Notes under the pieces: model-generated | Seen by the model: the letters and a program-made list of their open reading frames with translations, nothing else | Told to the model about the DNA's origin: nothing | Databases searched by the model: none | Shown: in pieces, positions 16,401 through 22,564 of the stretch | Position numbering within the stretch: the stretch's first letter is position 1 | Layout of the letters: each line of letters begins with the position of its first letter | Source of the DNA: Geobacter metallireducens GS-15 | GTDB lineage: Bacteria; Desulfobacterota; Desulfuromonadia; Geobacterales; Geobacteraceae | Length of the DNA stretch: 32,000 bases | Direction of reading: 5' to 3' | NCBI RefSeq assembly: GCF_000012925.1 | Contig: NC_007517.1 | Coordinates: 2,340,001 to 2,372,000 of the forward strand | Made by a program: the position numbers and the translations under genes

Positions 16401-16647
16401 CAGATATCTTAATTTTGGAATTTCGTGGCTGTCAGGGATGATGACCGCCCATAAGCAATTGTGGACTTCAAAGTTGGAAACTAACACTCAATACTATCTT
16501 GAAAATCTTGTTAGGAAATATATCTACAAAGAACGCGAAAAAATAAGAAGGACTAAGCAGTTAAAAGAAGAGGTTTTGGTAATATTAGAATTTCTAATTG
16601 AGAGAGGCTCCGTTGTTGGATATATTCTGCGAGAAAATATCCTATAA
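13432..16647 (+). CDS. Large (1071 aa) AT-rich orphan protein, predicted all-alpha/helical-repeat, no recognisable catalytic motif
   Basis: A long uninterrupted ORF in 40%-GC DNA is unlikely to be a shadow ORF. The start is unclear: TTG 13432 or ATG 13453, neither with a convincing SD. I found no Walker A, HxH, DxD or Cys-cluster motifs by eye. Confidence 0.7.
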   Translation: MQFKDESMQQFVAEIISENDILPFWNDELWISILLSDHSATFFVLFKEELLSNDQALLKRLTFLLRLACKDVDNDLLKLLGVDDLNLLSIKYVLTKPKGSGWQNAIRFIHDNLEKIGIKNIHFALPLIHEWNQKNRQGETTKSSSLIALKYYQWTIEEDVYLSRGDDKEKILQTILSGASEIKTELEGIFKEVLENKWNNHRDPYYDLMKVILKEMDALPVWAIFPEHVLEIADLFWFYIPQKYNHYYHRMDIEDEFCLNHSHYDYFPSSPYQTPIYWLLQCSLQKTVDFILSFTNKTVECFASSSVGKNEIEEAVVIIDDLSIKQYICNKLWCMYRGTQVSTQLLESIHMALEKFFLESAKKQDSKILESWLIYILKNSKSASLSAVVTSIVLAYPEKTFNVANILFQTKLFFLYDVNRFSLDQSHKSSLLMLKKNFGGGNYKNAPHEEERIKSCDEPHRKVHLENLALNYQFFRSEETSEDEANERQRVIWSVFDKYYSELPDETKENDGDKTWRLFLARMDRRKMKPTTEATNDGVLINFNPEIDPRLKEYSEEAVKKSSEPMKYMSLKLWASYKKDKDERFKQYVQYENSPQLALKEVKEIIDRFKKGEDESFHLFNRSIPGEVCSILAKHHFDKLSEDERNFCKDVILEYAQASLTPNYHYQISDGTDSAISALPTLLQYYPEERDGIKMILLLTLFDNSSIGMWGGHYSVFPSMAIHQLWESHFDDMQSLLIGYLLLKPRHVEMRRKLQLDGYENGVYEIPDGQDLRNFFQEYEPVLERVAENKVSISDLKDIEQTDLYILNTAFQLIPLKTIHAEHIKLALTIIAIFASHLLSRDKKDKVDYSVRHSFLERFTYLVLNSSEQDVSEYLKPFLDNFNGSETAAELLEQFVLAQDRIDAYDRFWQVWTLFFGKIVALCKDGDGYWYVDRIVRSYLFAQTQWKETATDWHTFKDGNSKFFADVAKNIGHCPSVLYSLAKSLNDIASRYLNFGISWLSGMMTAHKQLWTSKLETNTQYYLENLVRKYIYKEREKIRRTKQLKEEVLVILEFLIERGSVVGYILRENIL
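13438..13466 (+). other. Candidate -1 frameshift site: T_TTA_AAG heptamer (13438-13444) followed by hairpin ACGAAT-N10-ATTCGT (13445-13466)
   Basis: The heptamer is in the X_XXY_YYZ phase of the IS-restored TM ORF frame. A -1 slip enters the 1071-aa ORF frame. The hairpin starts with no spacer, which is atypical. Confidence 0.3.
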
Positions 16648-16688
16648 ACATAACTGGGAATAAAGAATATAAATTTGTTCAACCAAGC

Positions 16689-16712
16689 GCACCACCGGTC
16701 AAGCCGGTGTGC
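16689..16712 (+). terminator. Hairpin about 40 nt downstream of the 1071-aa ORF stop; possible terminator
   Basis: CACCGG (16693-16698) pairs with CCGGTG (16704-16709) around a 5-nt loop. A 1-nt bulge then allows 3 further bp. No U-tract follows. Confidence 0.3.
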
Positions 16713-16785
16713 TCTCCCCCGTTGGGCAATAAAAATGACAATTAAAGAACTCCATAAAATTCTTCTATTAATCGGCTTTGAAAAA

Positions 16786-16881
16786 TGACCCTACATAGGC
16801 AGTGGGTCAATCTTCCTTGGTAGCCTGATATCAATTAGTTATCAATGCTGGTGGGTCACCCTTAGACGCCGAAAAGGGTCA
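16786..16881. repeat. Four GGGTCA/TGACCC motifs clustered at the right edge of the AT-rich islet
   Basis: TGACCC is at 16786-16791. GGGTCA is at 16804-16809, 16853-16858 and 16876-16881. A direct ATCAAT...ATCAAT pair lies between them. Confidence 0.5.
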
Positions 16882-16897
16882 AAATTGGATGCCGATC

Positions 16898-18211
16898 CAC
16901 TACTGTCCGGTTAATAGTTGAATAAGTTCAGTTGGTTGCGCTCAGGATAATCAGCATTTCGCTTGAGAGCCTCCGCAACCAGCGATGAAATGGGCTTTTT
17001 CTCGAACAAGTTGACCTCCAGAATCTGTAGAAAAGTGTAGAGCGAACACGGAACCCCCAACTTCTTTTTCGTGATCGCCACCAGCAGATAGATGCACAAG
17101 GCAACCCATATCTGGCTCTTCACGGCATTGACTGACGTTCCGATGAACGACTTGATCCGCAGGTGCTGTTTGATCCATTTGAAAAACAGCTCCACCTGCC
17201 AGCGCTGCTTGTAAATCGCAGCCACCGTCGCTGCCGGAATCTCGAAGTTGTTCGTGAGAAATACGAGTCGCTTGTTCCGTTCTTTGTCAACATAGCTGAC
17301 CCGGCGCAGTTTCTCCGGATACCCCTTTTTCGACTTCTGCGTCACCAGGGTGATAATCTGGTCTGCCCGTACACCTGATTCCTTGTCCTTCGGATGGGAA
17401 TATAACCGCTGGCATTTCAGGTTGTCCTTTGCCCGAACTACGAAGAATGCTCCCTGCTTGTGGATGGAGTGGAGCCGGGCAAAATCGACATACCCTCTGT
17501 CCATCGTGTAAATGGCATCCTTTGCAACCGGCAGATGGTCCAGCATCCTGACATCGTGGACCTTGCCAGTGGTAATAGTGACCCAGGTCGGAATGGGACC
17601 ACGCAGATCAATGAGCGTATGCATCTTGACCGCCGCCTTGGTTTTGCGGAACTCGGCCCATGGGAACAGCGTAAGGCACAGGTCGATAGTGGTCGAGTCA
17701 AAGGCGTAGAGCGGTTGCGTAAGCTCAACGGAGATGGCATCAGCCTGGTACAGCTGCTGAGCTATGCCGATCAGTACATGACCGAAGTCTTGGAAGATAC
17801 GCCAGTCCCTGCGCTCGTTCGCGTCGGCAAGGGTCGTGCGGGAGACATCACCACGAAAGCCGATGTGGTACAGCTTCTCCTGGTGGGAGTTCAGGCAGGT
17901 CTCGATATCCCGCAAGCTCTCACGGCCAGCCATCTGGGCATAAGCCAGGCAGAGGAACTGGTCATAGGTCGAGAACTTCTTCTCCCGATACTCGCCACGG
18001 TGTCGGCGAACGCAGAGATTGAATTCGTACCGGGGCAGAAACTGCAGAAGTTGTTTGAAAACGGTCGGACCGGTGTGCATTGCTCCCCTCCTGTAAAGGG
18101 AGGAAGGCTACACTCAGAACGAATTCATGTCGAAAAAAGAACAATTGTGCCAAAGAGCAATAAAGTTCAACAAGTTACAGCTGTACAATCAAAGTTTACC
18201 GGACAGTAGTA
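16898..18211 (-). mobile_element. IS4-family insertion sequence, 1314 bp, complete
   Basis: The ends are CACTACTGTCCGGT (16898-16911) and ACCGGACAGTAGTA (18198-18211), an inverted match at 13 of 14 positions. They are flanked by a perfect 9-bp direct repeat ATGCCGATC (16889-16897 and 18212-18220). The transposase stop codon lies inside the left end. Confidence 0.8.
16911..18080 (-). CDS. IS4-family DDE transposase (389 aa)
   Basis: The N-terminal DUF4372-like region is present (FKQLLQFLPRYEFNLCVRRH...YDQFLCLAYAQMAGRESLRDIE). A DDE_Tnp_1-type core is present (AFDSTTIDL, YTMDRGYVDF, YKQRWQVELFFKWIKQ). AGGAGGGGAG SD. Confidence 0.9.
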   Translation of the reverse strand: MHTGPTVFKQLLQFLPRYEFNLCVRRHRGEYREKKFSTYDQFLCLAYAQMAGRESLRDIETCLNSHQEKLYHIGFRGDVSRTTLADANERRDWRIFQDFGHVLIGIAQQLYQADAISVELTQPLYAFDSTTIDLCLTLFPWAEFRKTKAAVKMHTLIDLRGPIPTWVTITTGKVHDVRMLDHLPVAKDAIYTMDRGYVDFARLHSIHKQGAFFVVRAKDNLKCQRLYSHPKDKESGVRADQIITLVTQKSKKGYPEKLRRVSYVDKERNKRLVFLTNNFEIPAATVAAIYKQRWQVELFFKWIKQHLRIKSFIGTSVNAVKSQIWVALCIYLLVAITKKKLGVPCSLYTFLQILEVNLFEKKPISSLVAEALKRNADYPERNQLNLFNY

Positions 18212-18232
18212 ATGCCGATCAACAAACGAAGT

Positions 18233-18691
18233 TCAATCGGATAGCCGGGGGTTGTTCACAGGCTTTACGACTTCGATGGCATCCCCCGGCCGTATCCCGC
18301 CACCGCGCACGACTCTTGCGAAGATACCTTCCTTCGGCATGACGCAGTCGCCGGCCTGGTAATAGATGGCACAGCGCGTGTGGCATTCCTTCCCTATCTG
18401 GGTAACTTCCAGGGTCGTCTCTCCCACGTTGAGCCGTGTTCCGATCGGCAGGCCGGGGAGATCGATTCCCACGGTGGTGATGTTCTCGGCAAAATCCCCC
18501 GCCTGCACCGAGAGTCCCATACGCTGCATTTTCTCAATGCTTTCCTGCGCCAGGAGGCTTACCTGGCGATGCCAATCCCCCGCGTGGGCATCGCCGTCGA
18601 TGCCATGGTTCGGGACCAAGCGGACACTGTCCACCGGGGTCTTCCGTTCGCCTTTGTTCTTGCTCAGGCAGACTGCCATGACTTTACCCAT
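18233..18691 (-). CDS. MOSC-domain protein (152 aa)
   Basis: The beta-barrel MOSC pattern is present (RQVSLLAQESIE..., GDFAENITTVGIDL, conserved Cys in ECHTRCAIY). AAAGGAGA SD. It starts 27 nt downstream of moaA. Confidence 0.8.
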   Translation of the reverse strand: MGKVMAVCLSKNKGERKTPVDSVRLVPNHGIDGDAHAGDWHRQVSLLAQESIEKMQRMGLSVQAGDFAENITTVGIDLPGLPIGTRLNVGETTLEVTQIGKECHTRCAIYYQAGDCVMPKEGIFARVVRGGGIRPGDAIEVVKPVNNPRLSD

Positions 18692-18718
18692 CGGATTCTC
18701 CTTTGGTCTTCACGTCTG

Positions 18719-19699
18719 TTACCCGCCAATCTGCGACATGGTGAACGAGTGGTTATCGGCTTCCCGGGACATGAACATGTGCCTGTGGGGTTTCGTGCCG
18801 GCAACCTGGCGCAGTGTTTCCCGCAGTCCGGCGTCGTCGCCATTTTCAAGATACGGTTTGAGGCTCGTTTTCCCATCGTCAAACAGACAGCTTTTTACCG
18901 TTCCCGAAGAGGTGACCCTGATCCGGTTGCAGTTCTGGCAAAAATGGCTGGACATCGGCGTTATGAAACCGAGCGTTCCCGCGGCTCCGTCAATCCGGTA
19001 GTAGACGGCCGGCCCGTCAAGTGCGTCATTGGTCACTTTCCGCAGTGGATACCGTTTTGAAAGCCGGGACAGCAATTCGTCCCCGGGAACCATGAAGGAT
19101 TGCCAGTTCCGTTCCTTCAGCGTCGGCATATACTCGATGAATCGCACCTTCAATGGCCTATCGAGGGTCAGCGCGGCGAAATCCAGCACCTCGGCGTCGT
19201 TGACCCCGCGCATCACCACCATGTTCAGCTTGATATGCTCGAACCCGGCATGCTCGGCAGCGGCGATTCCTTCCAACACCTTGGACAAATCGCCGCGCCG
19301 GGTAATCCGGGAAAACACTTCGGGACGCAGCGAATCCAGGCTTATGTTGACACTTTCAACACCGGCGTCTCTCAATTCACCGGCCATACTCCCCAGAAAC
19401 ACGCCGTTTGTGGTCAGGACGAGTTTCTTCAGGCCGGGAATCCGCTTCAGGCCGGCAAGAAAGCCGGGCATTCCCTTTCTGACCAGCGGTTCACCACCGG
19501 TTATCCGGATCTTCTCGACACCGATGGCAACTGCCGCCTCCGCAATCCGATGCAGCTGCTCGTAGCTCAGAATGTCAGAGTGTGCGCGCTTCTTGATGCC
19601 AGAGGCCGGCATACAGTACGTGCACCGGAGATTGCAGCGATCCGTTACCGACAACCGCAGGTAATTTATCTTTCTCCCATAGATATCTGACGGGGACAT
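18719..19699 (-). CDS. moaA: GTP 3',8-cyclase MoaA (radical-SAM molybdopterin/tungstopterin biosynthesis step 1)
   Basis: The CNLRCTYCMP radical-SAM cluster, the GGEPL motif and the C-terminal FCQNCNRIRVTSSG auxiliary-cluster motif are present. I prefer ATG 19699, with GAGGTG 5 nt upstream, over the TTG at 19717 used in the track. Confidence 0.9.
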   Translation of the reverse strand: MSPSDIYGRKINYLRLSVTDRCNLRCTYCMPASGIKKRAHSDILSYEQLHRIAEAAVAIGVEKIRITGGEPLVRKGMPGFLAGLKRIPGLKKLVLTTNGVFLGSMAGELRDAGVESVNISLDSLRPEVFSRITRRGDLSKVLEGIAAAEHAGFEHIKLNMVVMRGVNDAEVLDFAALTLDRPLKVRFIEYMPTLKERNWQSFMVPGDELLSRLSKRYPLRKVTNDALDGPAVYYRIDGAAGTLGFITPMSSHFCQNCNRIRVTSSGTVKSCLFDDGKTSLKPYLENGDDAGLRETLRQVAGTKPHRHMFMSREADNHSFTMSQIGG

Positions 19700-19775
19700 A
19701 GACACCTCACATATCAAACGATCTGTTCAAGAACGTGCCGTCTACCTGGCCACCGGGGCGAGTTATTATAGTATT

Positions 19776-19805
19776 TTGGTACCATTTTAATATTTTAGAT
19801 GTCAA
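19776..19805 (-). promoter_or_regulatory. Putative promoter of moaA: TTGACA (19805..19800), 18-nt spacer, TACCAA (19781..19776). An alternative perfect TATAAT lies at 19770..19765.
   Basis: Read directly from the sequence. The architecture resembles the bamA and bamB promoter modules (TTGACA ... GGTAC[CT]AA). Confidence 0.35.
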
Positions 19806-20063
19806 GACAATTCCGGCGCACTTGGCACGAAGCAGCTCACACGCAACATACAGCAGTGTTTTCATAGAGTTACCACCAGTAATGACGAGATCAACAACAA
19901 TCTACGGAAATATCCTTGAATCCACCGATCCATTACGGTATTATGGTACCACTTTTACCAAGAGGATCATCAAGCACGGAAAATATTTTTGGGCTATTTC
20001 GCACACCGGGCCACAGAAAGAGCACTGACCCGGTTCCAGATGCGAGTGCCGGCAAGGTCACGA

Positions 20064-20510
20064 ATGAGCGATCAATTATCCATCCGTAACGCAAAGCCAA
20101 GCGATCTCAACGATGTAATCTCCTTGGACACCGTCACTTCCAAGACGGAAAAGGCTGATTACTGGCGCGGGATATTTGACCGTTTTGTTACCGGCGGCAA
20201 AAGCGATCGGATCTTCCTCGTGGCAGAATCGAACGGCAGGGTTGTCGGATTCATTGCCGGCGAGGTTCGCGCTTGGGAGTTCGGTTCACCACCCTGCGGG
20301 TGGGTGTTTGCCATTGCCGTCTCGCCGAAAGCGCGTGAGGGAGGCATCGGTCGGCGCATGTTCGACGAAATATCCGCCCGTTTGAAACAGGCCGGGGTCA
20401 CCACGGTACGCACCATGGTTGATCGCGATAACAAGTTGACCTTGTCCTTCTTTCGCAGCATGGGCTTACGGACGGGCAGATATATCGAGTTGGAAAAACC
20501 GCTCGACTGA
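20064..20510 (+). CDS. GNAT-family N-acetyltransferase (148 aa)
   Basis: The acetyl-CoA binding motif region is present (VFAIAVSPKAREGGIGRRMFDE). The start is placed at MSDQLSIRNAKPSDL (ATG 20064). The upstream part of the track ORF looks non-coding. Confidence 0.8.
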   Translation: MSDQLSIRNAKPSDLNDVISLDTVTSKTEKADYWRGIFDRFVTGGKSDRIFLVAESNGRVVGFIAGEVRAWEFGSPPCGWVFAIAVSPKAREGGIGRRMFDEISARLKQAGVTTVRTMVDRDNKLTLSFFRSMGLRTGRYIELEKPLD

Positions 20511-20591
20511 CTGAAAGGTTGCCGGCAGCCCTCTGCAATACAAAGTGCATGGCAAAACTCTACATACGTTTTACCCTGGAGAGGGAATACC

Positions 20592-21023
20592 ATGAGACTC
20601 AATAAAGCCAGCCTTTTCGCCCTGTTTGCCGTACTGGAACTGGCCAGCGACCCTGAGCGGCAATTGTCGACCGGCGAGATCGCTTCCAAATACGGCGTCT
20701 CTCCCCATCATCTCGCAAAAATCATGCGCGACCTGGTCCACGAAGGACTGGTGCAGGCAGTACGCGGCGTTGGCGGCGGCTATCGGTTTTCAGGCAATAT
20801 CCAGCGAACGACGTTGCTGGATATAATTCAGATGTTCGAAAATCTGGAATCCGAGCTTGATGTGCCCCACGGAAGCCCTTTAGACGTCCCGATACTTGAG
20901 GAACTGAAGAGCATCGCAAACGAAATCGACGACCTCACCAAAGCAGTTCTGGACACAATCACCCTGGAAACCGCTCTGAAGGGCGCACGCCAGCGGGTTG
21001 AGATCAGAACCCAGAACAACTGA
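20592..21023 (+). CDS. Rrf2-family winged-helix transcriptional regulator (143 aa), cysteine-free
   Basis: The N-terminal Rrf2 wHTH is present (LSTGEIASKYGVSPHHLAKIMRDLVHEGLVQAVRGVGGGYRF). GGAGAGGG SD. The whole protein contains no Cys, so it is not an Fe-S sensing type. Confidence 0.85.
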   Translation: MRLNKASLFALFAVLELASDPERQLSTGEIASKYGVSPHHLAKIMRDLVHEGLVQAVRGVGGGYRFSGNIQRTTLLDIIQMFENLESELDVPHGSPLDVPILEELKSIANEIDDLTKAVLDTITLETALKGARQRVEIRTQNN

Positions 21024-21246
21024 ACCCTTTGCCTCAACGAACGGTCCGGCACCGTCCCGTCAATCGTTTACCACCCTGCCCCGCCCCTTCTTCAGTGCAG
21101 CACCCTTTCCCCTTCACTCCCCGGCACATTCATGCCGGCGGCCGAGCCTCGCGCAACCGCCTCCCCTTGCGGGAGACGAGATGGCTTTTGCACGAAGCCC
21201 GGCTGCCTGTTTCACACCTCCAGTGACCGCCGGAACGCTCCCTTGT

Positions 21247-22152
21247 TCAGGATATGTACGCTGCCAGGGCAATGGTAAGGAGCATGGTTTCGGCCGAATC
21301 GGAGCGGGACGTGAGCACGATCGGCGCTTTCGCCCCCATCACCGCGGTGGCGATCCGCTGCTGGGTGTAGTAGACCAGGCATTTGCGCAGGGGATTGGCC
21401 GAGAGGAGGTTGGGGGCCATGATGATATCCGCCTGGCCGGCCACCTCGCCTTTGATCTTCTTGTACTTGGCCGCCTCCTGGGATATGGCGTTGTCAAAGG
21501 CCAGCGGCCCCTCGACAAGACACCCTTCGATCTGGCCCCGCTCTGCCATCTTGCTCAAGGCCGCAGCCTCGATGGTGTCGGGCATGGCGGGATTGACCAC
21601 CTCGACGGCCGAGATGACCGCCACCTTCGGCAGCGTGTTTCCCAGCTTATGGGCCAGATCGACGGCGTTTTCGATGATCTGCTTTTTCTCGTCCAGGGTC
21701 GGCTGCACGTTGATGGCGCAATCGGTGAGAAAGCGGAACCCGCCTCCCGGTGCGTCGACGATCTTTTCGTAGATGGTGATCTCGCTGATTACCCTGTTGT
21801 CGTTCAGCCCCTTCTGCTTGTCCAGGATTGCCCGCATGAAGGTGGCGGTGGGAAGGTTCCCCTTCATGATGGCGTTGGCGCTTCCCACAACCACCAGCCT
21901 GACCGCCTCTTCCGCCGCATCCTTCTGGTTCGGAATATTGATTATGTTGATGAGGTTCGAATCAAAGCCGGCCTCGGCCGACATGGTCTTTATCTTCCCT
22001 TCGTCACCCACAAGGATGAATTCGGCCAGTTTCGCATCCAGCGCCTGCTTGACCAGCTTCATCACCGTCGTCCCCTCCGGGGAGACGATGGCTATTTTCT
22101 TCTTCGGTTTTTCCTGTACGGCAGCGATCAGTTCATCGAATGATTTGATCAT
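21247..22152 (-). CDS. Phosphate acetyl/butyryltransferase (Pta/Ptb) family protein (301 aa)
   Basis: The PTA_PTB layout is present (KIAIVSPEG..., AIMKGNLPTATFMRA, VISAVEVVNP, APIVLTSRSDS). The start is at MIKSFDE (ATG 22152) with AAGGAGA SD. The 26 upstream codons of the track ORF were discarded. Confidence 0.85.
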   Translation of the reverse strand: MIKSFDELIAAVQEKPKKKIAIVSPEGTTVMKLVKQALDAKLAEFILVGDEGKIKTMSAEAGFDSNLINIINIPNQKDAAEEAVRLVVVGSANAIMKGNLPTATFMRAILDKQKGLNDNRVISEITIYEKIVDAPGGGFRFLTDCAINVQPTLDEKKQIIENAVDLAHKLGNTLPKVAVISAVEVVNPAMPDTIEAAALSKMAERGQIEGCLVEGPLAFDNAISQEAAKYKKIKGEVAGQADIIMAPNLLSANPLRKCLVYYTQQRIATAVMGAKAPIVLTSRSDSAETMLLTIALAAYIS

Positions 22153-22246
22153 TTCTACTCTCCTTTTGAATTGAAATCCCTCTCCCTCCCCGCACCTACG
22201 GGACCGGCGGCAACGGCACCCATCGCACATTCATAAAATATTGTTT

Positions 22247-22262
22247 TGCAATTATCGGTCCA
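22247..22262 (-). promoter_or_regulatory. Sigma54 (-24/-12) promoter upstream of the Ptb-like gene: TGGACC-GATAA-TTGCA
   Basis: The minus strand reads TGGACCGATAATTGCA, with GG and GC at canonical spacing and a full TTGCA -12 box. It lies about 85 nt upstream of ATG 22152. Confidence 0.5.
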
Positions 22263-22457
22263 TTTGCGCGATGCAATTCAACCAGCAAAAACATTCGCCA
22301 GCATGCTGAAATCATTGATTGCTATTTTTTCTGAAAAACCGGTCTTGTTACGACTTGGGCCGGCTGCGGACACACCAAGGAGGGGATAAGCGGCATCAGA
22401 CAAGCGTTCTTGGAGGTAACCGGACTTGATGCATTGATCGGCGAGCAAAGGCAAGGC

Positions 22458-22516
22458 ATTTGATCATATAATCAAATGATCGTGTAACCATGTTTTATCG
22501 ATTAATCAATTGATAA
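22458..22516. promoter_or_regulatory. Two AT-rich palindromes about 200-270 bp upstream of the 22247 sigma54 promoter; candidate enhancer (UAS) sites
   Basis: ATTTGAT-CATATA-ATCAAAT (22458-22477) has perfect 7-bp arms. TTATCGATTAATCAATTGATAA (22495-22516) pairs at 9 of 11 positions. Confidence 0.35.
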
Positions 22517-22535
22517 GACAGTTCGTTCCGATTGC

Positions 22536-22558
22536 GGGCAGGTTTGTCCCGCCTGCCC
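22536..22558 (-). terminator. Hairpin immediately downstream of the activator gene stop; possible terminator
   Basis: GGGCAGG (22536-22542) pairs with CCTGCCC (22552-22558) around a 9-nt loop. No U-tract follows. Confidence 0.3.
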
Positions 22559-22564
22559 CATGGA

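Noticed and set aside
16889-16897. ATGCCGATC might be part of an IS4-type terminal inverted repeat rather than a target duplication. The sequence resembles IS4/IS231-like ends as I recall them.
   Set aside because: - The two copies are in direct, not inverted, orientation.
- They lie outside the clearly inverted ACTACTGTCCGGT termini.
- A direct 9-bp duplication is the simpler reading.
- It remains possible that the target was an older IS end.
19700-19990. Possible Moco/Tuco riboswitch in the moaA leader.
   Set aside because: - The predicted leader is only about 60-70 nt.
- I could not find the conserved GCCUCCGAG / GGAAAGG-type elements or the long multi-stem layout.
- An Rfam scan would settle it.
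20064-21023. GNAT plus adjacent HTH protein as a GNAT-type toxin-antitoxin pair.
   Set aside because: - Known GNAT toxins pair with a small upstream RHH/DUF1778 antitoxin.
- Here the partner is a full-length Rrf2 regulator, downstream and separated by 81 nt.
- The GNAT looks like an ordinary acetyltransferase.
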